A stretch of 64,000 bases of DNA from Promethearchaeota archaeon (GCA_048938855.1 JBHLLT010000002.1:1-64000), one strand, 5' to 3'; counted from the stretch's first letter, positions 1 through 10,817 are shown. Translations and numbers: made by a program. The notes: a model not told the origin generated them from the sequence alone.

Positions 1-333
1 ATGCTAGAAGTGTTACAGCAAGATTATGTGAGGACTGCGAGAGCAAAAGGGTGTAAGGAAAAGGCGGTAATACATAAACATGCCCTTAAAAATTCTATGA
101 TACCCACGGTGACCGTTATTGGGTTAAATGTGGCAGGTTTGTTAGCGGGAGCAGTACTTACGGAAACAACATTTGGATTAAATGGAATGGGTTCATTACT
201 AGTACAGGCGATCAATTTGATAGATTACTGGTTGATAAACGCAGTTGTATTTATAATAACAATTATATTTGTAATGGCTACTCTAATAACAGATCTATTA
301 TATGCGATATTAGATCCACGAATTAGATTTTAA
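1..333 (+). CDS. oppB: Oligopeptide/dipeptide ABC transporter permease, C-terminal part (5' end outside window)
   Basis: EAA-loop DYVRTARAKG...HALKNSMIP and C-terminal DLLYAILDPRIRF typical of OppB/DppB. Confidence 0.9.
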   Translation: MLEVLQQDYVRTARAKGCKEKAVIHKHALKNSMIPTVTVIGLNVAGLLAGAVLTETTFGLNGMGSLLVQAINLIDYWLINAVVFIITIIFVMATLITDLLYAILDPRIRF

Positions 334-369
334 TTTTAAATTAAAAAAAAAAGATGTGATTAAAAAAAA

Positions 370-1380
370 ATGGAAAAACCTTATGAAATGGAATTAGAAT
401 TAGTAACAGAAGGAATTCCAGAAGAAGAAAAAGCATCAAAAAATGTGATTTCATGGGCCTTTAAAAACCTAAAATTCTTATTTCTCCCAGGATCTAGATT
501 AGATGATTTAACACAACGAGAAATTGAATTTGAAAGAATAAGAGGTAAGAGAAAATTTATTCGACGATTTAAATCAGTTTTAACAATCACAGGTATCGTT
601 ATCGTGTTTACAGTTGTATCTATAGCGGTTTTCTGTCACTGGCTTTCCCCCTATACTATGGGTTATGTAACCGTTAGTCATCCTGGAGCATGGAGTGCCC
701 CATCACCTGCTCACCCTTTGGGACAATCAGAATTAGGGTATGATGTGCTATCAAGGTTAATGTTTGGAGCGCGGTCATCTTTATCCGTTGCTTTACCAGC
801 TATTATGTTAAGTGTTATTGGAGGTATAGCAATTGGTGTAATTGCAGCTTATTATCGGGGATGGATTGATTCAATTCTCATGAGACTTTGCGATATTTTA
901 TTAGCCTTTCCGGGATTAATTCTTGCTTTGGTAATTATTTCCATTGTAGGGCAGCAAATTGAGTATATAATGATAGTTTGGGGTGTTTTGGGGATACCAT
1001 ACTATGCTAGATTGATTCGGGGTAATGTGTTACAAGCAAGAGAATTACCATATATTCAAGCAGCAAGAGTTGCAGGGGCAGGAAATTGGAGAATAATGTT
1101 TCGACATATACTACCTAATGTGATTCAACCAATAATTATTTCATTCACATTTGACGTTGGATCATGGGTTCTAGGTTTAGCTGCGCTTTCATATCTAGGG
1201 TTTAGCGACCCCAATATGATAGAATGGGGTAACGATATTAACTTCGCAAGAACAAATCTATACTCTGCACCATGGGCTTCTCTGTGGCCTGGATTCATGA
1301 TCTTGCTTACAGTATTAGGCTTTATGCTTCTCGGTGATGGTTTAAGAGATGCTTTAGATCCTAGATTAAAAAACTTATGA
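370..1380 (+). CDS. oppC: Oligopeptide ABC transporter permease
   Basis: HPLGQSELGYDVLSRL, YIQAARVAGAG, LGDGLRDALDPR motifs. Confidence 0.92.
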   Translation: MEKPYEMELELVTEGIPEEEKASKNVISWAFKNLKFLFLPGSRLDDLTQREIEFERIRGKRKFIRRFKSVLTITGIVIVFTVVSIAVFCHWLSPYTMGYVTVSHPGAWSAPSPAHPLGQSELGYDVLSRLMFGARSSLSVALPAIMLSVIGGIAIGVIAAYYRGWIDSILMRLCDILLAFPGLILALVIISIVGQQIEYIMIVWGVLGIPYYARLIRGNVLQARELPYIQAARVAGAGNWRIMFRHILPNVIQPIIISFTFDVGSWVLGLAALSYLGFSDPNMIEWGNDINFARTNLYSAPWASLWPGFMILLTVLGFMLLGDGLRDALDPRLKNL

Positions 1381-1411
1381 AACTTTAGAATTACAAATTG
1401 TTAAATTAATA

Positions 1412-2704
1412 TTGAGTAATAGGAAAATGAAACAAGCAAAAGAAACACAAACTATAGATGTTATGCCAAATTTAGCTTCTGAAAACGAAAGCACAATTAC
1501 GAAAAAACCAGCTCTACTTCAAATTAGAAATCTTAAGACATATTTTTATACAGAGGAAGGGGTTGTAAAAGCTGTTGATGGTGTATCATTTGATATGTAT
1601 GAGGATGAAACTCTTGGACTTGTTGGTGAAACTGGATGTGGCAAATCAGTTACAGCTCTTTCTATATTACGTTTAGTAAGAGTACCCGGCAAGATTCTTG
1701 AAGGATCTGTTATATTTAAGGGAAGAGATCTATTAGATCTAACTGAAAAAGATATGAGGGATTTTCGTGGAAAAGAAATTACTATGATTTTTCAAGATCC
1801 TTTAAATTCACTAAATCCAGTTATATCAGTCGGCAAACAGGTATCAGAAGTTTTCTTTCTCCATCAATCAGAAGAAATGAAACAAACCCTTGATAAAAAA
1901 CTCTTAGAAAGAAAAAAGAAGTTAGAGAAAATAAAAGACCTTAAAAGCAGAGTGGATAATAAAGAAAGATTGTTATCAGAAGAAGAAAAAATAGAAATTG
2001 AAGAACAAATTGCTGAACTTAAGACGGAAGCAGCTCATATTCCAAATATCAAGGATGTGGCATTAGGAAATGCTAGTCGAATAATAAAAGAAGTAGGAAT
2101 CGCAGATGCTGAAGATATATTAAAAAGATATCCTCATGAATTAAGTGGGGGTATGAGGCAAAGAGTAATGATAGCTATGGCACTCTCATGTAATCCTTCT
2201 TTACTAATCGCTGATGAACCTACTACAGCTTTGGACGTCACCATCCAAGCTCAAATACTGGATTTAATGAAAGAATTAAAAACGAAGTTTCAGACTTCAA
2301 TTCTACTGATTACACATGATTTAGGTATTATTGCAGAGTTATGTGATAGGATTGCTGTTATGTATAGTGGAAATATTGTAGAATATGCAACTGCAGTGGA
2401 TTTATTTAAAAATCCTCGCCATCCATATACTAAAGGCTTAATTGCTGCTATCCCTAGTATCGAAAAAAGAGATAGTGAACTAGAAACTATTAGAGGAATG
2501 GTTCCTAATTTAATATATCCTCCCTCTGGATGTAGATTTCATCCAAGATGTGATTATAGATTAGAAATTTGTGATAAAATAAAACCAGTCTTAACTGAAA
2601 TTGGAGATAAGTATTTTATTGCCTGTCATCTTTTTGATTCTAAGTACAAAGATTCACCAAAATTTGATTGGAGCAAAAAAGAAGAGGAATCCTATAAAAT
2701 ATAA
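1412..2704 (+). CDS. oppD: Oligopeptide ABC transporter ATP-binding protein with a charged helical insertion
   Basis: Walker [26 protein letters not shown]-terminal GCRFHPRC Fe-S motif. Confidence 0.93.
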   Translation: MSNRKMKQAKETQTIDVMPNLASENESTITKKPALLQIRNLKTYFYTEEGVVKAVDGVSFDMYEDETLGLVGETGCGKSVTALSILRLVRVPGKILEGSVIFKGRDLLDLTEKDMRDFRGKEITMIFQDPLNSLNPVISVGKQVSEVFFLHQSEEMKQTLDKKLLERKKKLEKIKDLKSRVDNKERLLSEEEKIEIEEQIAELKTEAAHIPNIKDVALGNASRIIKEVGIADAEDILKRYPHELSGGMRQRVMIAMALSCNPSLLIADEPTTALDVTIQAQILDLMKELKTKFQTSILLITHDLGIIAELCDRIAVMYSGNIVEYATAVDLFKNPRHPYTKGLIAAIPSIEKRDSELETIRGMVPNLIYPPSGCRFHPRCDYRLEICDKIKPVLTEIGDKYFIACHLFDSKYKDSPKFDWSKKEEESYKI

Positions 2705-2737
2705 AATTTTTAAAATTTATGAGGTGGGAATAAAAAT

Positions 2738-3994
2738 ATGACTATTGGAGAGGAAGAAGTTAAAAATTTTAAAACAGAAAGAACAAAAAGTTCAAAAGTT
2801 GATGACGTTATTTTAGAAGTTAAAAATCTCAAAACTTACTATCCTATCGTTGGAGGATTATTCAAACGCAAAATGGGAGAAGTTAAAGCTGTTGATGGTG
2901 TATCCTTTAAACTCCGAAAAAGAAGAACTCTAGGATTGGTAGGAGAAAGTGGATGTGGAAAAACAACAATTGGTAATACTATCTTAGACCTCGTACAGAA
3001 CACAGAAGGTGAAATATACTATGGAAACAGACGTGTTGATCCAGGAAGAGTAAAAGGATTATGGGAAAGATTAGCTCAAAGAGTAAGATCCTTATATCTT
3101 CCAGGGGTAACCAATATTTATAAACCAAGATCTACAGAAATTAATAATTTCTTTAGAAAAACTCCCCCATGGATGAGGAAACTTTATAAAAGAGCTATTA
3201 GGAGAGGAACAGAAATATTTGAAGACTTCATGATAAGAAAATTTTTTAGGAAAAGAGTTCAAATGGTTTTTCAAGATCCAGATGCCTCACTAAATCCTCG
3301 TTGGAGAATTGTAAACATTATAGGAGAACCTCTCCGTATCTTGGAGGGAATGAGTAAAAAATCTCAAATTAGACAACGCGTTCTTGAACTTCTGGAAACT
3401 GTATCCATGAAAGCTGAACATTTAGATAGATATCCTCATGAATTTTCGGGGGGTCAAAAGCAAAGGATCGTAATAGCCAGAGCTTTAGCATGTAATCCAG
3501 AAATTATTGTATTAGATGAACCTACTTCCGCACTCGATGTGTCTGTACAAGCCCAAATTCTAAATCTGTTAAAAGAATTACAACAAAAATTCAATTTATC
3601 TTATCTTTTTATAACTCATGATTTAAGTGTAGTACAACACATTGCTGATGATATTCGAGTTATGTATTTAGGTAAATTTGTCGAGGGGGGTTCAATAGAT
3701 GAAGTTTTTTATAATCCCACGCATCCTTATTCTAAAGCACTATTATCCGCTCGTCCTACTTTTGATCCCAGTTCAAGGCGGAATAGAATTATTCTTGAGG
3801 GGGACGTCCCAAGCCCTATTAATCCACCTGCTGGATGTGCATTTCACCCAAGATGTCAAGAAAAAGGTGAACATGTAGGATGTGGTATTGATAATCCAAG
3901 AAGAATTCCCCTCGGTGGAACACATTTTATGATGTGTTTACCATTCAAGAATGAGGAAAAATCCTATAAAGGGATGAAATATATATCTGATTAA
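2738..3994 (+). CDS. oppF: Oligopeptide ABC transporter ATP-binding protein with a basic insertion
   Basis: GESGCGKT, FSGGQKQR, DEPTSALD, GCAFHPRC. Confidence 0.93.
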   Translation: MTIGEEEVKNFKTERTKSSKVDDVILEVKNLKTYYPIVGGLFKRKMGEVKAVDGVSFKLRKRRTLGLVGESGCGKTTIGNTILDLVQNTEGEIYYGNRRVDPGRVKGLWERLAQRVRSLYLPGVTNIYKPRSTEINNFFRKTPPWMRKLYKRAIRRGTEIFEDFMIRKFFRKRVQMVFQDPDASLNPRWRIVNIIGEPLRILEGMSKKSQIRQRVLELLETVSMKAEHLDRYPHEFSGGQKQRIVIARALACNPEIIVLDEPTSALDVSVQAQILNLLKELQQKFNLSYLFITHDLSVVQHIADDIRVMYLGKFVEGGSIDEVFYNPTHPYSKALLSARPTFDPSSRRNRIILEGDVPSPINPPAGCAFHPRCQEKGEHVGCGIDNPRRIPLGGTHFMMCLPFKNEEKSYKGMKYISD

Positions 3995-4077
3995 ATTTTT
4001 TTATAAATCTTTTCTTTATTTTATTTTATTATTGAATTTTGGAAATTAAGTTAAAGGAGTATTATCTTTAATATATA

Positions 4078-5250
4078 ATGATGGCAAAAAATTCACAAGT
4101 CTTTATTCTCAAAACTACACCCAAGGATGTACTTCAAGATTATAAAAAATTAATGCAATTAGCTAACTATACAAATATTTTCAGCCAAAAAGAAAAAATA
4201 ATTCTTAAATTAAATCTTAGTTGGTCAAAATTTTTTCCAGCTTGCTCTAGTCCGCCTTGGCAAATAGAGGGAGTATTAAAAACTATGATAGAAGATGGCT
4301 TTAATCCTAAGAATCTTTTTACAGCTGAAAATAGAACAGTAGTCACAAATATTGAAAAAGGTTTAAAAGGAAACAAATGGGGACCACTTATCAAGAAGTA
4401 TGGTGTGTGGTTTGTGCCTTTAACACGAATTTCCTTTATTCCATATGAATCTTTACGATCTAAATTTCTTTCATTGAAAAATAAGACCTTACACGCATTA
4501 GATACAAAGATTTTTCCGGATGGTTTTCTTATTCCTAAGTTTTATGTAGGAAAACCTATAATACATCTCCCCACAATGAAAACTCATGGGCATACTGGAG
4601 CCGTCGGAGGATCATTAAAAAAAACAACTGAGGAGATGAAGCATGGTGGTATAACATGTGCTATGAAGAATGCTTTTGGAGGACTTTTAACAAAAAGGAG
4701 ACATTTCTCACATCAATATATGTCTGAAGTTTTAGTAGATTTATTAATCATCCAAAAACAAATTCATCCAAACATTTTAGCAATTGTCGATGGAACTGTA
4801 TGTGGTGATGGGGCTGGACCAAGAACAATGATTCCTCGAATCAAAAATTATTTACTTGCAGGTTATGATCAAGTTGCTGTTGACACAATTGTTGCAAAAA
4901 TGATGGGATTTGAGCCTCTAAAACTACCTGCTATCAAATTAGCTCACGATGAAGGTCTGGGATGTGGAGATTATGATCAAATTGAAATTATTGGTGAAGA
5001 TATATCTCAAATAAATTGGAATTTTAAAGTCAAGCGTAGTTTAGTAATTTGGGGGGATCAGATGGTGCGTAAAGGACCATTGCAATTTCTTTATCCTTTA
5101 TTTCGAAATGAACTCTTTTTCTTAGGACCAACTTATGCATCAATGATCTATCATGACATGTTTTGGTACCCCACAATTGGCAAGAAAAGAATTAAGAAGT
5201 TTTTCCAAACTGAATGGGGTAGTGTGTTCCAAAATTATCCTAATAATTAA
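4078..5250 (+). CDS. DUF362 domain protein
   Basis: LPTMKTH...TCAMKNAFG, DGTVCGDGAGP and DQVAVD motifs. Confidence 0.75.
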   Translation: MMAKNSQVFILKTTPKDVLQDYKKLMQLANYTNIFSQKEKIILKLNLSWSKFFPACSSPPWQIEGVLKTMIEDGFNPKNLFTAENRTVVTNIEKGLKGNKWGPLIKKYGVWFVPLTRISFIPYESLRSKFLSLKNKTLHALDTKIFPDGFLIPKFYVGKPIIHLPTMKTHGHTGAVGGSLKKTTEEMKHGGITCAMKNAFGGLLTKRRHFSHQYMSEVLVDLLIIQKQIHPNILAIVDGTVCGDGAGPRTMIPRIKNYLLAGYDQVAVDTIVAKMMGFEPLKLPAIKLAHDEGLGCGDYDQIEIIGEDISQINWNFKVKRSLVIWGDQMVRKGPLQFLYPLFRNELFFLGPTYASMIYHDMFWYPTIGKKRIKKFFQTEWGSVFQNYPNN

Positions 5251-5276
5251 GAAATCTTTGCATTACTATATTCATC

Positions 5277-6059
5277 TTAATATCTCACTAATTCTCTTAA
5301 TCTCTTAATATAATCAAATTCTCTTTTTAATACATCAATTCTTAAATGAATTAGAAATTCTATAGATCCCCCCCTGCCTAACAATGGAGATCTAATAATA
5401 TTCTGCACATAAAAACCATTCTGAATATTCCAATGGATTAGATCATTGAGAATTTGAAAAAGATGATCAGGATCTTTTATAATGTTAAATGTTTTATTAT
5501 AAAAATCTACTTCAAAAACAGGTTTTATCAAAGCTATGATATCACTATTGGTTTTGAGTTTTTTTTTCACATTTGGTAATATTTGCTTTATAGAAGCAAA
5601 AGTTATGTCGATAGTACAGATGTCCAATTTTTCCTCAAGACGTATTAACTCACGAGCATCCACACCTAACATTGGAATTATGACTCCTTTCTTTTCCTCC
5701 TTTAATAATGATGGGTGAAGTAAACCAGTAGCCGTATCAATTACATATATTTTTGAAGCACCATGTTTTAATAAACAATCTGTAAATCCACCTATCGATG
5801 CTCCAATATCGGCACATGTCTTTCCTTCCACTAAAATTGAAAAACTCTTTAGGGCGGCTTCTAATTTTAATCCACCGAGCCCAACATAAGGAAAATCTTT
5901 TTTTAATAGGATTTTTGAAGAATTATCAATTCTTTTACTTGGTTTTATTAATTGTTTATTATCTACAGAGATTAATCCATTTTTAATAAGCCATTTTGCT
6001 TTAATTCTGCTTTCAGCAAGACTTCTTTTTACTAATAAAACGTCGATTCTTTCCTTCAT
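5277..6059 (-). CDS. tlyA: TlyA-family RNA 2'-O-methyltransferase (S4 + FtsJ-like domains)
   Basis: N-terminal ERIDVLLV..SR.KA S4 domain; GGLKL, DIGASIGGFTDCLL, LIKPVFE. Confidence 0.85.
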   Translation of the reverse strand: MKERIDVLLVKRSLAESRIKAKWLIKNGLISVDNKQLIKPSKRIDNSSKILLKKDFPYVGLGGLKLEAALKSFSILVEGKTCADIGASIGGFTDCLLKHGASKIYVIDTATGLLHPSLLKEEKKGVIIPMLGVDARELIRLEEKLDICTIDITFASIKQILPNVKKKLKTNSDIIALIKPVFEVDFYNKTFNIIKDPDHLFQILNDLIHWNIQNGFYVQNIIRSPLLGRGGSIEFLIHLRIDVLKREFDYIKRLRELVRY

Positions 6060-7159
6060 TTTTTGTTTCTATTAAGTTTTCTGTTTTCAATTTTTAGTGC
6101 TAAACTCAAACTCAATCTACTAATTTGTATTTTTAAGGATGCTTTATCTCGTAATTTTTTATAAACAAACCGAAAACTAAAACCCATGAGAATAAAAGCA
6201 ACAAAAATAAAAAACCAAATATTTATCGGGTTTAGGCTCTCAAAAAATATAAAATATAGTAAGTTATGGCTTAAATAAATAGTAAGAGAATAGTAAGAAT
6301 AATAAAATAATAATTTATAACTCTTTTTTCTTTCAAATATATTGTAATTTTCTAATAATAACAATAAGGAGAGGAGTAGAGTATCTATTCCAATAGAGTA
6401 AAACATCCATGAAAAGGATTGTCTTCTTAAAAATTCAGGAAAATTAAAAAACAATCCAAATAAAATCAAAACAATTCCTATTAAAATTAAAGAAATTAAT
6501 TTCCTTTTTGTCATATCTTGCTTTTTATGATCAGAACTATTATTTAGATATGATCTAAACATAAAATCTCCAAAAACTGTTCCAAACAAAAAAAAGGGAA
6601 AAAAACTAAGTAATGGATCTTGATCACTACCATGATATAAGATATAATAGAGGATTCCAAAAAAGTTGGAATTACCTTCATAAGGGTTCAAAAAGCTTAT
6701 TAAGAATTGATTACCTATGATAATAAATATTCCTAGAACTATCCTGAAAATCTTAGGTGTATAGAAAAGAGGCCAAATCATAAACATAGATACAGCTACT
6801 GTTAACAAGACAAACCATGTCCATATATAAGAAGGACCCTCTATGATTGTGGTTGGCAAATTATAAATTAATGCTACCAAAAAAATGAGAAAAGCTCGAA
6901 TAAAATGTGAATTTCTCGTAATTCTTTCATTAGATTCGCCAGATCCTTCTGATTTTTTTTGTTTTAGCCTGAAAGACAATGTGATACTCACACCAGATAC
7001 AAATAAAAAACCAGAAACCCCGATAGAATCTAATATCATTATTGTAACATTATGTAGCCAAGAAGAACCGCTTGGTAACCACCAAGCTATTAGATGGTTT
7101 ATAACCATCCAAGTCATGCATAAACCACGGAAAATATCTATGCTTTTAATTCGCTTCAT
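6056..7159 (-). CDS. Polytopic membrane protein, DUF1624/HGSNAT-like acyltransferase domain
   Basis: N-terminal RIKSIDIFRG...H, FLFVSG motif, about 10 hydrophobic segments. Confidence 0.7.
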   Translation of the reverse strand: MKRIKSIDIFRGLCMTWMVINHLIAWWLPSGSSWLHNVTIMILDSIGVSGFLFVSGVSITLSFRLKQKKSEGSGESNERITRNSHFIRAFLIFLVALIYNLPTTIIEGPSYIWTWFVLLTVAVSMFMIWPLFYTPKIFRIVLGIFIIIGNQFLISFLNPYEGNSNFFGILYYILYHGSDQDPLLSFFPFFLFGTVFGDFMFRSYLNNSSDHKKQDMTKRKLISLILIGIVLILFGLFFNFPEFLRRQSFSWMFYSIGIDTLLLSLLLLLENYNIFERKKSYKLLFYYSYYSLTIYLSHNLLYFIFFESLNPINIWFFIFVAFILMGFSFRFVYKKLRDKASLKIQISRLSLSLALKIENRKLNRNKK

Positions 7160-7239
7160 ATCAATCTCATTTATATATATTTTTGATATTATATTGTAAA
7201 ATTAATTAATCGTGGCAATCAATAACAGTTTATTTTCTA

Positions 7240-8094
7240 TTAATTTATTATATTTCCGTAAAGAGTTTCAGAAGAATTGCTTAAAGATATTTGATTATTT
7301 AATATTTTTTCTACTAAATCTTTCAAATTAATTGAGGATTCATTAATTTCAGGAGAAATTCCTTCATTTTCACCATTAAAATTTAACTCCTGATTTTTAA
7401 ACTGATTCAGAATTTTGGAATAATTAGATTGATTTATTTCAATTCCTTTTCTCAAAGCTAAAATCAATGCAGAAACTTCATGCTTTGTTTTTATTCTCTT
7501 TCTTTTATCTTTAATCTTAGTTTTTGATGATTTAGATTCATCAATCAAGAAGATTTTCATACACTTTCTCTTGCCAAAGTGATCGTAGATCATCTTTAAA
7601 AGGTCAATAGTTAATGGTAAAACACCACTCCCGAATTTGAATTCTAACTTTAAGCTATAGGGATTATTTTTTTGGAAACAATCTACCTTATCAATAATAA
7701 ATTCAAGGAATTCTTTTTTGTCAAAAATTGTATGGGAAATCAAAAATAGATCATCCAAAAATATAACAATTCCAATTTGTTTAGTACCGGGATCTACAGA
7801 AAACAATAGATCTGAATAATATTCTTTATATTTTATCTTATTAGCAGCGAGTGCTTTTAAAACATAATGTTGAAAATTTTCATCATAAGAGTAAGGCAGA
7901 ATTTTTACTTTATCATTATATTTCTTAATTTTATACATTTCTTCTGAGGTAGTAAGAATAACGGATGGTAATTCTGGTATTTTATCACTCACATTTAGAA
8001 CATCAAAGTTAATATTTAATCGAGTTAATTCTTTATTAATTCTATAAAAAAAATTTAGGTTCTCAGTTCTAATATATAAAATTTTATTGCTCAA
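7240..8094 (-). CDS. Hypothetical protein with a YqgF/RuvX-like RNase H-fold nuclease domain
   Basis: SVDPGTKQIGIV, LIDESKSS and HEVSALILA match the DPG / VDE..SS / D..AA..I pattern. Confidence 0.5.
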   Translation of the reverse strand: MSNKILYIRTENLNFFYRINKELTRLNINFDVLNVSDKIPELPSVILTTSEEMYKIKKYNDKVKILPYSYDENFQHYVLKALAANKIKYKEYYSDLLFSVDPGTKQIGIVIFLDDLFLISHTIFDKKEFLEFIIDKVDCFQKNNPYSLKLEFKFGSGVLPLTIDLLKMIYDHFGKRKCMKIFLIDESKSSKTKIKDKRKRIKTKHEVSALILALRKGIEINQSNYSKILNQFKNQELNFNGENEGISPEINESSINLKDLVEKILNNQISLSNSSETLYGNIIN

Positions 8095-8138
8095 ATTATA
8101 ATTATAAATATTAGATAAAATTAATAATTTTTAATTAC

Positions 8139-8828
8139 ATGAAATTTCCAACTTTAGAATTAAATAAATATTTTAGTTCTCAACATTCTTTAAAAGGCAT
8201 TTTTTCCGTGTTTGGGGATTTTGGTGTTGGAAAAACAACTTTTGCTCTCCAAACAGCACTCAATTCTGTATGTCAAGGAAATACCATTATATACGTTTAC
8301 ACCAAACCCAATTTCCCCTCAGAAAAAATTTTGTTGATTAATAAACATTCTCTAGATCTTTTAGATAATATTATATTTATTCAGACTACAAGTTTTACAG
8401 AATTAAGTAGCATTATTTTTAATTTTGAATTTCTAATTTTACATTACTTAAATAACCATAAACCTAAACTGGAAATGATTATAATTGATTCTATAACGAA
8501 TTTATATCGATTAGAATTAACTAATAACAAAAAAGAGATGAATTATAATTTAAATTACAAGTTAAATCAGATGTTAGCTAATTTAGCATACTTAAACCAA
8601 AGTTATGGAATTGAAATTTTAGTAATAAATGAAATAAGTAGAAGAAGCTTTGATGATCTCATAATAGATGTGGAAAGTGGTGGAAATGTTATGAAATATT
8701 GGATTAATTATAATCTAAAGATTAGTAAAACTAGTAAATTAAATGAAAGAAAGTTTTTATTTAATAATTTATTTGATAACTTTACACTTGAATTCATCCA
8801 AATTATAAGAGAAGATGGATTTAAATGA
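8139..8828 (+). CDS. RecA-superfamily ATPase, RadB-like
   Basis: Walker A GDFGVGKT, Walker B IIIDSI, ILVINE, SGG.VM.Y; lacks the RadA N-terminal domain. Confidence 0.75.
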   Translation: MKFPTLELNKYFSSQHSLKGIFSVFGDFGVGKTTFALQTALNSVCQGNTIIYVYTKPNFPSEKILLINKHSLDLLDNIIFIQTTSFTELSSIIFNFEFLILHYLNNHKPKLEMIIIDSITNLYRLELTNNKKEMNYNLNYKLNQMLANLAYLNQSYGIEILVINEISRRSFDDLIIDVESGGNVMKYWINYNLKISKTSKLNERKFLFNNLFDNFTLEFIQIIREDGFK

Positions 8829-8952
8829 ACAAAAAGGAATTGATTTCATATAATCCTGGCGCTTTTTTATAAAATATTAAAAAACTTCAAATGTAAATGC
8901 CAAAAATTTTGCAAAATTTAATGTTTTTGATATATTTATTTAGTATAATATA

Positions 8953-10167
8953 ATGAAACAAAAAGATCTAAGTTTAATTAGAGAAGGTTCTATCAAATTT
9001 TACATCCATAATATTGACATAAATTCAATCCCCTCAAAAAGTATGAATGTTTTTTATAATAAAAGGATGGAGATAAATCGCGACATAACAAATTTAAGTA
9101 TAAATGCTTATAAAGAATTATATCAACAAAAAGATCTAGTAGTTATAGATTCTATGGCTGCATCGGGAATAAGTGCTATTAGAATCTTAAATGAATGTGG
9201 AGAAGTAAAAAAGCTTTATATTAATGATATCAATCCAGAAGCAGTTAGATTGATTAAGTTAAATCTAAGGATTAACAATTTAGATAAAGAAACAAATCGA
9301 TACTGCATTACAAACAAGGATGCAAACTTCCTTTTTTCTGAAATTGCGAGTAAGTCAAGTGAAAAGCAGAAAAAACCAAATATAATTTCTATTGATCCAT
9401 TTGGAACCCCAAATCGCTACATTGATCCGGCTTTTAAGGCAATACAAAAAGATAATGGATTAATGTGTATTACCGCTACTGATACAGCAGTTTTATTTGG
9501 AGTAAGACCTAAGGCTTGTATAAGGAAATATTTATCAAAACCTCTTCACAGTGAATATTGTAAAGAGCTTGGTGGACGAATTTTAATCTCTTTCATTTCC
9601 AGAATAGCAAATATTAATAATATGGGAATTACTCCCCTTTTAACATTCTATTCGGGTCATTTTATAAGATTATTCTGTTTAACATTTAAAAATAAGAAAG
9701 AAATTTCAAAATTTTTTGAAAAATTGGGATATTTAATACATTGTAGTAATTGTGGTTATCGATCTACATTTAAAAACATCCTATTAATTCCCAAGAAATG
9801 TCCTGTATGTGATGTCGAGGAAGATCTTGATTTTGCAGGACCAATGTGGATTGATAGACTACATGATGAGTATTTTTTGAAGAATATAATCAATTTAAAC
9901 AGCAATTTAATATATCCTAATCAAAAAAAAATTGACAAACTTTTAAATTATGCTGTTGAGGAAAACAAAATGCCGATTTCCTACTATAACGTTCATAATC
10001 TCTGTCAAAACTTAAAACTAAAAAGTGTTCCGAAAATTAAAGTTATTATTAATGAAATTAGAAATTTGGGATATCGGGCTTCGAGAACTCATTTTGATTT
10101 TTTATCAATAAAAACAGATATAAATCTCCCTACGATAAAAAATATTTTAGTTAAATTACAAAATTAA
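8953..10167 (+). CDS. trm1: tRNA (guanine-26-N2)-dimethyltransferase
   Basis: VFYN.RMEINRD, AASGI.AIR, IDPFGTP, TATDTAVL, CxxC..CxxC, AGPMW, SRTHF. Confidence 0.95.
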   Translation: MKQKDLSLIREGSIKFYIHNIDINSIPSKSMNVFYNKRMEINRDITNLSINAYKELYQQKDLVVIDSMAASGISAIRILNECGEVKKLYINDINPEAVRLIKLNLRINNLDKETNRYCITNKDANFLFSEIASKSSEKQKKPNIISIDPFGTPNRYIDPAFKAIQKDNGLMCITATDTAVLFGVRPKACIRKYLSKPLHSEYCKELGGRILISFISRIANINNMGITPLLTFYSGHFIRLFCLTFKNKKEISKFFEKLGYLIHCSNCGYRSTFKNILLIPKKCPVCDVEEDLDFAGPMWIDRLHDEYFLKNIINLNSNLIYPNQKKIDKLLNYAVEENKMPISYYNVHNLCQNLKLKSVPKIKVIINEIRNLGYRASRTHFDFLSIKTDINLPTIKNILVKLQN

Positions 10168-10199
10168 TTATATCAATTAAAATCGTTAATTATAGAGAT

Positions 10200-10817
10200 T
10201 TGCATAAACAAGATTCTTTTTACAAACAGGCAAAAAAAGAAGGTTATCGGGCGAGATCAGCCTATAAATTATTTGATATTCAGAAAAGATTTAACGTTTT
10301 CAAAAGAGCTTACTATATATTAGATTTAGGATGCGCACCTGGTTCATGGTTACAAGTTGCTAAAAAATTTGCTGAAGAAAATATAGATAAATATAACGAT
10401 CAATTTTATCATCGGGATCATTATAAAATAATGGGAGTTGACATTCAAAATGTAACCCCAATAGAAAATATTTATATTATTAAAGCAGATCTTACAAAAC
10501 GGGAAATACAAGAGGAAATCGATTCCTATTTTAAAAGTAAATTAGATTTAATCTTATCAGATGCATCTATAAAAAAGATAGGTAATAAATTCACAGATCA
10601 TATTAAACAAATTGACTTATGTAATAAAGTATTGAATTTGGTTGAAAAAAACCTGAAATACAAAGGCAATTTAGTCATTAAAGCATTTCAAGGTTCTGAT
10701 TTCAATGATTTCACAAGAAAAATGAAGAAAATGTTTAGATTTTTAAAATCATATAAGCCCAAATCATCAAAAAAGAAAAGTAATGAAATTTTTCTAATAG
10801 GTTTAAACAAAATCTAG
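10200..10817 (+). CDS. rlmE: 23S rRNA 2'-O-methyltransferase RlmE/FtsJ
   Basis: YRARSAYKL, DLGCAPGSWLQ, LSDA, KAFQG, KPKSS..SNE (K-D-K-E tetrad). Confidence 0.93.
   Translation: MHKQDSFYKQAKKEGYRARSAYKLFDIQKRFNVFKRAYYILDLGCAPGSWLQVAKKFAEENIDKYNDQFYHRDHYKIMGVDIQNVTPIENIYIIKADLTKREIQEEIDSYFKSKLDLILSDASIKKIGNKFTDHIKQIDLCNKVLNLVEKNLKYKGNLVIKAFQGSDFNDFTRKMKKMFRFLKSYKPKSSKKKSNEIFLIGLNKI

Noticed and set aside
4590-4650. About 16-aa insertion in the DUF362 protein as a possible in-frame intron
   Set aside because: No stop or frameshift, and no convincing BHB flanks seen; treated as a protein loop.
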